DNA of 64,000 bases, from the IMG/VR virus record IMGVR_UViG_2907128583_000005, positions 1 through 64,000 of that record. One strand, given 5' to 3'. The notes under the pieces are model-generated. The model was not told the origin of the DNA. It searched no databases and saw nothing but the letters and a program-made list of their open reading frames with translations. This document shows positions 1 to 9,300 of the stretch, piece after piece (the first letter of the stretch is position 1; each line of letters starts with the position of its first letter). The position numbers and the translations under genes are program-made. The DNA comes from a virus. Its lineage: Duplodnaviria > Caudoviricetes.

Positions 1-79
1 ATTTACCTATTCCTTTTAAGGTGGCAATCATTATTGCACTATCGGAGAATGAGAACTCAATTGAAAAGGGTGGATAAGA

Positions 80-469
80 ATGTGGAGAGATGCTCAACAT
101 GCTTGGAACCCAAACCAAAAGGAAATTAGAATATGGGCATACAGCGATATGAAAATACCGGATCAAGATTGGGAATTAGCTGTGAATAGCTTTGAAAACA
201 TACCCATGATATGCAGCTTTGTCGATGACGAAAAATGCAAACACATTCCTTTTTTTCTAAGTAGTCTTTACGTTTTCACTGGTGATGTTGTTGAATCTGG
301 AGAAGAGGAAGGTATAAAAGAATTAGCCGTACTATTAGAAAAGGTGAGCACCTTCGCTAAAACTGAGGAGCTTAATGTCTGGATTGAACGCTCAAAACAC
401 CTTATACAACATCCAGAGGATTATAATTATGATTATTGGGGCTTGGGATCTAAGTATGTGTATAAATAA
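80..469 (+). CDS. Hypothetical protein (probable moron)
   Basis: 129-aa ORF with an AAGGGTGG RBS, followed by a terminator. No family recognised. Confidence 0.7.
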   Translation: MWRDAQHAWNPNQKEIRIWAYSDMKIPDQDWELAVNSFENIPMICSFVDDEKCKHIPFFLSSLYVFTGDVVESGEEEGIKELAVLLEKVSTFAKTEELNVWIERSKHLIQHPEDYNYDYWGLGSKYVYK

Positions 470-473
470 GAGT

Positions 474-502
474 AAAGACCTCTCCAGTACGGAGAGGTCT
501 TT
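474..502. terminator. Intrinsic terminator between convergent genes, probably bidirectional
   Basis: Perfect 12-bp stem AAAGACCTCTCC-agtac-GGAGAGGTCTTT. Confidence 0.8.
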
Positions 503-549
503 CTATATATCTCTGTTGTATTTTATTTAATACCTTGGTAATACTGATT

Positions 550-1149
550 TTATTTCAATGCCGCTATAGCTTTATTTATTTCTTCTAGTTCAGTCTTATA
601 TTTAGCTATATTAGTTTCAGCTTCTTGTAATACTTCTTCCGTGCCTTTTGTCTTGGAGTCCAGAGTGTCCATCGCCTTTTTATTTCCTGCGTATTCTTCT
701 CTAAATTTGCTGTATTTTTCAAGAGACTGTTGTAGGTTTTTTTTATCTTTTTCAGTATCATTTATAAATTTTTCTAGTTCGACTTTTCTATCTTCCAGTT
801 TGGAAGCAGGCCATCCTTGGTATTTACCTGAAGAAGCTTTAACTTCAGTATTTTCCACTTCAACATTTGTTTGTTTTGAAGAAGTATTCGACGATTCAAT
901 TTGAATTGTTTTCCCGTCCACTTTTAAATTCACTCCTAAAGAGTCGGTAACAGCTCTCAAAGGTACATGTGCCTTTCCGTCAACCACGATGGCATTTTCG
1001 ACAAGCGAATTACCATTGACCTTGACCGCATATTCCCCTGCCACTTTTTCTCCCACTAAAGATTTAACTTGATCTGCAAATGAGCTACCAGCCGTAGCAA
1101 CAACCGCACCGATCAATACACCACTAAGTAAATAAGACCATTTTTTCAT
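550..1149 (-). CDS. Secreted protein with a copper amine oxidase N-terminal-like (stalk) domain and coiled coil
   Basis: Signal peptide MKKWSYLLSGVLIGAVVATAGSSFA and motif IVVDGKAHVPLRAVTDSLGVNLKVDG, typical of Paenibacillus stalk-domain proteins. Confidence 0.7.
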   Translation of the reverse strand: MKKWSYLLSGVLIGAVVATAGSSFADQVKSLVGEKVAGEYAVKVNGNSLVENAIVVDGKAHVPLRAVTDSLGVNLKVDGKTIQIESSNTSSKQTNVEVENTEVKASSGKYQGWPASKLEDRKVELEKFINDTEKDKKNLQQSLEKYSKFREEYAGNKKAMDTLDSKTKGTEEVLQEAETNIAKYKTELEEINKAIAALK

Positions 1150-1213
1150 GAACCGTACCCCCTACATAGTATATATGTCCTAATATTACCATCGGTAGGA
1201 GGTGCAGTAAACA

Positions 1214-3352
1214 TTATGTTGTCGAGCTGCTAGAGCTTCCACCAGCAGGAATATTAACTGTAGCCACGGTTTTGCCTTGGCTGAACAATTTTAGATTCCT
1301 GGAACCAGGGTCGAATGTTGCATTAACGATCAAACCATTAAACAAATCTCCATGTATTTTGTCAATATCGTTACGTAAATCTCTAAGTTTATTTTCGAGA
1401 CCATTAATGCTCCCTACCTCTAAAGCAAGTCCGCTCACAAACGCTTCGGAAAAATCCACAGGACCTTTTAAATAAGTAGCATCATCAACTGATCTAATAA
1501 TAATAGGTCCCATGTTTCCCAAATGAAATCCTTCTCTATCTCCGTAGACACTTCCCCTTGGCGAGCCATTATCCATAAACAATAAGCCTCCACCATCATT
1601 ATACTGACCTAAAGAAATAGACTCTCCACCTCTTGAGTTATAGGCAGTCAAGCCATTGGAGTTTATCTCAATGCGCCTACCCTCTTTGGCTGTACGGAAT
1701 AAGGCCCCTGTAATAATACCTCCTTCTATTTCATTCCCGTAAAGTTTACTGGTTCTTATTGTGCTGGCCTTGATCTCGCTCGATTTCATTTCTGAGTTGT
1801 CGATCTGGCCAGTAAGCTTGATTGATCTTGCTACTACATTGCCCTGCATGTCTACCTTGAACGGTGCAATAGTATAGTCATCGTTTCCGGCACTAATTCC
1901 GTCGGTATTGATTTTAGTTACGTTATTACCACTACCAATAACTAAAGAAACAAAGCTACCAAGTTGCCCAATAATCTGTTCTGCCAATACTCCACGAGCA
2001 GTTATAGCAGCACGGATCGTTTTCCAACCATCTGTTGATATGCCTATCCCCTTTGAAGTCAGACGCACTTGTTCCAATGGATTTGTCTTTTCTTGAGCCA
2101 ATATTCCGCCTTCTGGTGGGTAAATCAATTCCGTTTTACTGTTATTAATATCAATGACAGCTTGTTTGGCATAGGCTTCAAAAACTTCTGTTCGGATCTT
2201 TCCGTTACTAAACGAGTTGTTAACAATGTTCTTACTTCTCTCCAAGTCACTGATAATGTCCGCATAGTCTCGTAAATTGACATTGGATATCGTAGGTTCA
2301 CTATGTTTGTCTCGGCTATACGGATACTCTGTAAGTTCTGTGATTCGGGCTTTGAGTTTGTTCATATCCATAGCCGGATCAATACACATTACCGTGTCAC
2401 CTAAATGCGGTTCTGGCTCTGTATTGTCAATTTTAAATAGGTCAGCCGTCGATACGGTAACTTCTAGTGTTACGTTCTCTTGCTCCCTGAGAGCCTTTCG
2501 AGTAGCCTTAAGCAACTCTTCAGGTTCTTCAATATCCTGCTCTATGATTTCCCCATCATAAAAAGGAACTGACTCACTGGCCCAATACTGAGCATAAGGA
2601 GATATCAAATAGTTCACCGTCAGCTTTCCGTTTACAATCGTTCCCGGTACACCGGAAAGCAAACTCCGCTCCTCGTCCGTCAGCTTAGATGCATCCATTC
2701 CAATAAAAGTTCGTCCATCCTTCATTTGTGAAAACATGCGGGTTACAAGAGATTCACCTTTATCTTTGAAGGAGCTAGAAACGATATTCTTTTTGAGCCT
2801 GTATTGTAGCCCATTATCAGCCCCAATCTTTTTTCTCAGATTGATCACAAAATTATTTGGCTCGACTTCACATTCATACATCTGAACGATCTTGTTGAGA
2901 GCTTCCAAGCACGTCCCACGCCCGAAGTCTTTGACATCATGCAAATCGAATGTGTCGTGGATAACGAATTTGAATCTCCCGCCTGTAGCCGCTGCAATCA
3001 GATCCGTGAGTTGATTGATATGAATACCGTAGGCTTCAGCAATGTATGAAGCATATGGAAACTTGTAATCATTAAGTTTGAACATGATGTGATTACAGTA
3101 GATATTTGCAGTCAGCTTTTTTCCCTCTCGTGATCGGCTACGAGACTGAATAACATAAAATTGGCCACGCTCATCCTGAACGTGGCTCTTGATTGCTATC
3201 TTTTCCCTATAGTCTTCGCTGGTCATCGGGACCATGAAGGTTAATTCATAGTCACTGTTAATCCTGCGCCGCCGCTGAATGTCATAAGAGTCCACTAGCG
3301 TTCCAACACGCCGCATATTTTTATCAAACACTTGCATTGTTGGAGTAGGCAT
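1214..3352 (-). CDS. Tail-associated baseplate hub/spike protein (Tal, prophage tail endopeptidase family)
   Basis: N-terminal RRINSDYELTF, YRLKKNIVSSSF and LGDTVMCID motifs of the phage minor structural family; located downstream of Dit and the tape measure gene. Confidence 0.8.
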   Translation of the reverse strand: MPTPTMQVFDKNMRRVGTLVDSYDIQRRRRINSDYELTFMVPMTSEDYREKIAIKSHVQDERGQFYVIQSRSRSREGKKLTANIYCNHIMFKLNDYKFPYASYIAEAYGIHINQLTDLIAAATGGRFKFVIHDTFDLHDVKDFGRGTCLEALNKIVQMYECEVEPNNFVINLRKKIGADNGLQYRLKKNIVSSSFKDKGESLVTRMFSQMKDGRTFIGMDASKLTDEERSLLSGVPGTIVNGKLTVNYLISPYAQYWASESVPFYDGEIIEQDIEEPEELLKATRKALREQENVTLEVTVSTADLFKIDNTEPEPHLGDTVMCIDPAMDMNKLKARITELTEYPYSRDKHSEPTISNVNLRDYADIISDLERSKNIVNNSFSNGKIRTEVFEAYAKQAVIDINNSKTELIYPPEGGILAQEKTNPLEQVRLTSKGIGISTDGWKTIRAAITARGVLAEQIIGQLGSFVSLVIGSGNNVTKINTDGISAGNDDYTIAPFKVDMQGNVVARSIKLTGQIDNSEMKSSEIKASTIRTSKLYGNEIEGGIITGALFRTAKEGRRIEINSNGLTAYNSRGGESISLGQYNDGGGLLFMDNGSPRGSVYGDREGFHLGNMGPIIIRSVDDATYLKGPVDFSEAFVSGLALEVGSINGLENKLRDLRNDIDKIHGDLFNGLIVNATFDPGSRNLKLFSQGKTVATVNIPAGGSSSSSTT

Positions 3353-3364
3353 AGTCCACCTCTC

Positions 3365-4003
3365 TTAATATAAAAATTTATCTCGGTGTGTAATACGGAA
3401 TAAAACTGTCCGGCCTGTCTCTGGATCTGTCCAGGTAAGATTGTTATTGCCGAGATTTAAGTCAAAGAAATCACCATTATACAAGTGAGAAACGTTCTGC
3501 CCATTGCGAGTAATCTTGAACTTACCTGAGTCAATCACAATAACTTCTCCCGGGCGGAACACATCTGTAAACTCAATGTAGTCGGTATGGAATCGACTGG
3601 CCTCAGCTGGCTGCAATCGCCCCTCTCCAGACATAGGTGCAGCCCCCATTAATATTTCTCGGATGTAATCAGCGTTCGACATTCGCCCATCACCGGACAT
3701 AGGCACTGCTTCTAAATCATAAGACCGGACAAAATCAGATTGCGCCCGGCCTTCTCCTGACAATTCCACGCCTGCGGTCATATCCAAGTTAAAATCTAAA
3801 ATGTATTCGATTGATACGCTGGAGTCTGGAGTATTAAAAGCCATAAGATTGAATGCATTACCAGCATCGGCCCCAATCACCTCTTTACGCCGGGAATACA
3901 TTTGTCCCTGACCGGATAGATGCGCAGACAAATCAATAACATTTCCATCCGCTGAGCTGCCCGAATTAAGAGCAAGGTTGTTGAATCCTGTTGTGTTAAA
4001 CAT
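3365..4003 (-). CDS. Tail protein carrying a Dit C-terminal-like segment
   Basis: C-terminus PGEVIVIDSGKFKITRNGQNVSHLYNGDFFDLNLGNNNLTW...HRDKFLY matches the usual C-terminal end of siphophage Dit proteins. Confidence 0.65.
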   Translation of the reverse strand: MFNTTGFNNLALNSGSSADGNVIDLSAHLSGQGQMYSRRKEVIGADAGNAFNLMAFNTPDSSVSIEYILDFNLDMTAGVELSGEGRAQSDFVRSYDLEAVPMSGDGRMSNADYIREILMGAAPMSGEGRLQPAEASRFHTDYIEFTDVFRPGEVIVIDSGKFKITRNGQNVSHLYNGDFFDLNLGNNNLTWTDPETGRTVLFRITHRDKFLY

Positions 4004-4018
4004 GACCTTCCTCCTAAA

Positions 4019-5386
4019 TTACGTTCTTCTTTGCCCGATGCATGTAAGCCTTATTTGAGTGTTATATACGTTATGGTCTGCCACGTCACTTTGAAAGATT
4101 TTAAATGATATTACATCCCCAGCTACTAGATATTGCTGATCATCCATCGTTAAAAATGTGACCAATCCCGTCCCTAGCCCAGCTCCTTGGCGGGTAGTTA
4201 GGTTGCTCCCATTTTTGTACACTGTTATATCAGCGATTTTATTATTTGGGAGGCTTTCTATCGTGACCAATGAATTAATGTGGTACCACCCGCTTTTATT
4301 GATCACTACCGCGTTTCCATCACGCATAGAATAGCTGTCTTCCATTACGGTAGTGACTGGTACATCAGTAGGAGTGGAATTAGCCGGCAATGTATATCCC
4401 CCGCTTCGCAGATACACGAAAGGCGTATTTCCGAATATTTGACCTGATAATGGCGATTTTTCATCCGTTGCACCTTTTGGAACAGTTCCAGCCACGACGA
4501 TGATAGAACCCAGCTGCGATTGTATACCTGTAACGTTCCCGGCCCCTGTACAATTTTCGATATAGAACCAAGAACGGGCATCAGCAGCTATACCAATATT
4601 GCGATTAGAAATTTTGCAGTTTACAATCCGTGCGTTAGCGTCATAACTACTAATACCATGCTGGCTTGTTGAAACCCCTTCAATAACAACGTTCTCAATC
4701 AAAGCTCGATTACAATAGACCAGAGATATACCAACCTTTTCAGTCGTTGTGATTGTTAAGTTGTAGATGCCTGCGCGGTTTGTAAAATTGTCCAAAGTAA
4801 CAGATTTAACCTTGTATAAGCTGGCATCATCTGTTTCTCCCTTTAGTTCCAGCGTCTGAGCACGCAGCTTGTGCTTCATCTCAACATCTTCATCGTACGT
4901 TCCTGGTAACAGCACAATAGAGAACCGGGACAGGCTTATGGGCTTCATTATGCTGACCGCTTTGGCGATAGTTTTGAAAGCCTTGTCCTTGGTCAGACCA
5001 TTATTTGAATCTGATCCGTTAACGGCATCCACATAATACATATAAGCGTCTGTAAGTTCCATACCTCGCAACTTGTCATCAAGAGCTTCAATGTTATGCT
5101 GTGCCGCTCGAAGATCGGACGCTGTAAAGTTACGCGCTACCACAGCACCGGATGCCCAAGCTCGCGCTACGCCTTCAAAGCCACGTACGCATCCTTTAAG
5201 CGTGTTATCTTCTATGCTTGTATATGTGATTGTTTCCGCTAAATCACCATTACCTATAACTGCTATACCCTCGCCTTGAAGCAATACAGCGGCGTTGGTT
5301 ACTTTAATTTCGGTCAGGGTGGCGGTAATAAGTTCTGCCAACTCTGTGCGCGGCGAATTCACCACTGGAGCATACATTTTTTCCAT
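4019..5386 (-). CDS. Tail fibre / receptor-binding protein with pectin-lyase-like beta-helix
   Basis: YYVDAVNGSDSNNGLTKDKAFKTIAKAV and LLPGTY motifs of beta-helix proteins; C-terminal beta-sandwich (SGWYHINSLV...YLVAGDVISF). Confidence 0.75.
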   Translation of the reverse strand: MEKMYAPVVNSPRTELAELITATLTEIKVTNAAVLLQGEGIAVIGNGDLAETITYTSIEDNTLKGCVRGFEGVARAWASGAVVARNFTASDLRAAQHNIEALDDKLRGMELTDAYMYYVDAVNGSDSNNGLTKDKAFKTIAKAVSIMKPISLSRFSIVLLPGTYDEDVEMKHKLRAQTLELKGETDDASLYKVKSVTLDNFTNRAGIYNLTITTTEKVGISLVYCNRALIENVVIEGVSTSQHGISSYDANARIVNCKISNRNIGIAADARSWFYIENCTGAGNVTGIQSQLGSIIVVAGTVPKGATDEKSPLSGQIFGNTPFVYLRSGGYTLPANSTPTDVPVTTVMEDSYSMRDGNAVVINKSGWYHINSLVTIESLPNNKIADITVYKNGSNLTTRQGAGLGTGLVTFLTMDDQQYLVAGDVISFKIFQSDVADHNVYNTQIRLTCIGQRRT

Positions 5387-5395
5387 CTTTAGAAC

Positions 5396-5806
5396 CTACC
5401 CTTCGTCTATGCTTATCTGACCAGCCATAAAACGTAACGTGTCATTTGTTTGTACTGTACGCGGCGTTTTTACAGCCCCGTGATATATCAAGTTACCTCC
5501 AGTTGCAGCCGTTCGGATGCCGATATGTGTTACCAATCCCCACTCAGCCGTTGCAATCGGAAAAGTGACATCCCCCACGCTGGAAGTAACAGCTCTACGA
5601 TCCGCTATAACTGGTTCTGAGAACGCCACAGCACGGCGCGTATATCCTCCACCGCTTACCTCCTGCCCTGTATCCGCATCGGTAGGGCTACTGGTATATA
5701 GGGCAATGTATAGCGCTTGAGGAGAAGCAAAGTTAATTCCACGCAAAGCCGCATTAATACAGGCTGTTTTCCACCAGTTCGACTTACTTAGTAATATGTC
5801 TGCCAA
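5396..5806 (-). CDS. Small tail fibre/baseplate protein
   Basis: YIALYTSSPTD...EVSGGGYTRRAVAF...VTHIGIRTAATGGNLI, a common siphophage tail protein motif set. Confidence 0.75.
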   Translation of the reverse strand: MADILLSKSNWWKTACINAALRGINFASPQALYIALYTSSPTDADTGQEVSGGGYTRRAVAFSEPVIADRRAVTSSVGDVTFPIATAEWGLVTHIGIRTAATGGNLIYHGAVKTPRTVQTNDTLRFMAGQISIDEG

Positions 5807-5818
5807 TATAAAGACCCC

Positions 5819-6373
5819 CTACTCAATTTGATATTCATTTGCAATTCGAAAATTTCGTATGTCGCTTTCACCAATGTTGGTCAGAACGATAACAGGACTT
5901 GCCCGTTCGTCTCCAACTGACGCAACAGAAACTGTTTGCGGTGACTGTGTGATGGTCACCTCTTTAATGTTCTCCTCACTCTCGGGAAACGGATGCTCGC
6001 CCATTTTGATTGTTATGGTTAACTCACCATCCCAAAGTATCTTTTCGATATCTAAGGTCCCGGCATAGCGTCCGATATATCGCCTTCCTGGTAAGTCCGA
6101 AAACGTGAATACAATATCCCCTTTTTTGGCATTAAAAAGAGCCGCCACTTGGGCGACTCTCCTATGGTAATCAAGGGTAGTATCATCAGCCATTAGGATG
6201 CATTCGAGATTGATTAACCGCGCTCCATACGTGCTGCCAAAATCCAACTCTCCATCCCTCTCAGCTATCTCAAGGCTATGGTCTTTTGTTGGTGGTAACA
6301 CAGGTATATTGTGAGTTTTAAGCCCTAATCCAATGGATTTAAAGGATTTCCCATCCACCGTAGCGTCTATCAT
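5819..6373 (-). CDS. Distal tail protein Dit (N-terminal part)
   Basis: The ATG at 6373 overlaps the tape measure TAA (TAATG). Motifs EIAERDGELDFGSTYGARLINLEC and FTFSDLPGRRYIGRY. Confidence 0.8.
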   Translation of the reverse strand: MIDATVDGKSFKSIGLGLKTHNIPVLPPTKDHSLEIAERDGELDFGSTYGARLINLECILMADDTTLDYHRRVAQVAALFNAKKGDIVFTFSDLPGRRYIGRYAGTLDIEKILWDGELTITIKMGEHPFPESEENIKEVTITQSPQTVSVASVGDERASPVIVLTNIGESDIRNFRIANEYQIE

Positions 6374-9300
6374 TAAGACTTGCCTCCCCTCGTTTGCAAC
6401 CTCCGTACAAAGTTGTCCCTTTCGCTCCAAAACACCTTTGCTGCGGATTCGTCTTCAATATAAGTATCACCTGATTTTATTACGAACTGGTTGCTGATTT
6501 GCTGCGGATTTGAACCGCCCGAAGCCATTGGCATAGAGAAGTCTGGCATGGAGAAATTAAGTTTCGGCATCTTAAAATTGATAATCTTCCACAAGTTGCT
6601 CTGTTGTTGACCATTCAAATACATTTCCCCTTCTCGGGCAATGACGGGTACCTCTGCTCCCTTCTGGCCTTGAACGATCCCACCAGAATGGAATTTTTGA
6701 AGTTTCCCTGTATCCTTCTTAATGCCATACTTATTCCGCAGAGCAGCATTTTCCTCGTGCAGTTTAGCCTTCTCGGCAGCGCCTGCTGAATACCATTTGT
6801 CAATATTAGAATTGTATCTCGCCAAATCGCTGTCCTTTTCTGATATTGAGGAACCTGTATCAAAGGATGCAGACAATGAGGTAGCATTGATTTCAGCCAT
6901 TTTCATTTGATAGTCTAAGATGAATTGATCCAACTGACGCAAGATTTCTGCGTTTTTCTCAGATTCCTTTGAAATCTGAGTATTTTTCAAATCTTCAGCT
7001 TTAGATTCAACTCCGTCTGAATACTCATCGTATTTCTCAGCAAGCTGATCATAATGCTGTTTGGCAGCTTCAATCTGGTCATTGTAATCCTTTTCCCGCT
7101 CAGTCTTCTCGTCTTGGAGCTTCTTCTTCTGATCCTCCAATCCACGCTTAGCCAGCGTTCGGTTATGTTCCCGCTGCATATCTTCAATATCTTTTTCAGT
7201 CTGTTTTCGTTCAGCAATACCTTCCGGACCGACAGCAGACTGTAGCAGGGCAAGGCGCGCTTGTTTCTCCGCCATTGCACGTTCATAATCCTCGTCTTCA
7301 TTAGCTGTCTGCATTTTGGCAAGCAAGTCGTCTATGGCCTTAATTTTAGCGTCCTGAGCCTCGATAAAAGCATCCCGTTCCGCCTCAATCCGCTTTACTT
7401 CCTCATCCCGAGTCTTTTCAAGTGCTTCCTTTTCCTTCTTGGCAGCTTCGGTAGCAGCCTTCTTCTGATCCTCCAAAAGTTGCTTCTTCAAATCATGGAC
7501 CTGTACATCAATTTCCATCCGTTGTTCTGATCCTTCTTTGTAAAGAGCCTGCATTTTCGTCCATGCATTAAGCTGATCAGAAACGGATATGGCTTCCATA
7601 CTCTTCTGGTAATTGATTCTCTTTTGGAAGTCGGACAGGAACTCATCTTCCAGAGCTTTACGTTTCTCATAAATCTTCTGTTGCAACTCAAAACTTTGTT
7701 CGGCGGTACGATCCTTTGCCTTACTCATACGCATATAAGCGTCATATTCCATTTTGAGGATAGCAATTTGGGTTTGCCCCGCCATTTCCATTTTGGAAGT
7801 TTCTTTATCAATCCATTTTTCCGAGTTTTGGTATCGAAGCTCGTTATACTTCACGGACAGATCATAAATTTGCTTTTGGATTTCACGCCTATTTGCTGGT
7901 AGCAAGTAAGATTTAGATTGTTCCTTCTTGTAAAAATCCAGGCTGGTTTTTACCATCTCAATTTCTTGTTTATTGGCCTGCCGCATACGCTCAGTTCTTC
8001 GCTCAAGATTCTCCACGTCTTCCTGAAATCTTGAATCATTCAGTTTCTGAACATCGCGGCTCCATTGTTTCATTGCATCCTTATCTTCCGATAGGTACTG
8101 CTTATGTCGTTGAGCCAGTCGTTTGTATCCAGCAATCTGCTGGTTTATAGACCATTCATTTCGTTCAGCGATGTACTTAAAGTTATCAAGATCGTCATCA
8201 TAACTATCTTTTCGTGCCGCAGATGCGTCCTTGACTGCTTTTTCAGCTGCACGTTCTGCATCACTCTTGCCTTTTTTGCCCCCGCTCCCCTTCGATTTTT
8301 TTGAACCAGAAGAACTCACACCAAATTTAGGATCGTTATATAGCTTGGTTAAAGCATTAATCTGAGAGTCATACTGCTTCATATCTTTCTCGTATCCGCT
8401 ATATATTTCGCCTATATCTTTTTTGCTTTGCTCCATGTTTTTCTTGTCTTGGTTTAACTGGTTCTGAAAAGGAGCATTTAGGAAAGATTTCACTCCGGTC
8501 ATGTTGTTTAGTTCTTTTTGTTTATTAAAAACTTCTAATGAACTTTGAGCCATAACTCCATTCAATCTAGCTTTTAACTCAGCAAGACTCTTAATCGCTC
8601 CTGCCTCTTTAATGTAGACTGCGATACGATCATCAGACTCAAGTTTTGCACTTAAACTGGAAGCTTTTTCAGACTTTAGATCATCTATAGCCTTTTGAAT
8701 TTTAGCTTTACGAACAACTTCGAGTGCATTCTTTTCAAAAGCCCATCCCTCAGATGTTTTGTAAATCTCCGAAGCTAATTGAGGGTATTTGAGAATTAGT
8801 TCAGCCGCAGCTTCTGCGTTCATGGACTGTTTATTTGCAAGATCATTTAAAACAGTGTTCATCTCAGAAATTGCCTTACCATTACCCTGAATCTGTTCTC
8901 TTAAATCGGCAAGAGCTTCCTCCTGTGATTTAACACTTTCGGTTGCTGTTCCAGCTTTCCCAGCAAATTGGTCAGTTTCAATAGCTGCTTGGCCTAAAGC
9001 TACTCCTACTTCTGTTACAGATAAAGTGAGCTTGTTATTTTCTTGTTCTAATGTTTTTATTTTTTCTTCTAACTTCGCAGCATCTTCCTTAAATTCTCCT
9101 GTCCCTAAAAAATTCCCAATTGGATTAGCAATGATCTTTTTTACTCGTTCCAGTTCTTTTGTAGCTTCTGTGATTTCATTTATTTTTTGTTTTTGTTGTT
9201 CGATTAATTGCGCTTGCTGATCTTTCAATACATTTTTCCGGGCTTCATTCTGCTTCTCGATGAGTTTGTTCAAGGCATCAACTTGCACCTGCACAGCTTC

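Noticed and set aside
474-549. Possible left att site of prophage 1
   Set aside because: No copy of the glnA 3' end is present; the palindrome is an ordinary terminator.
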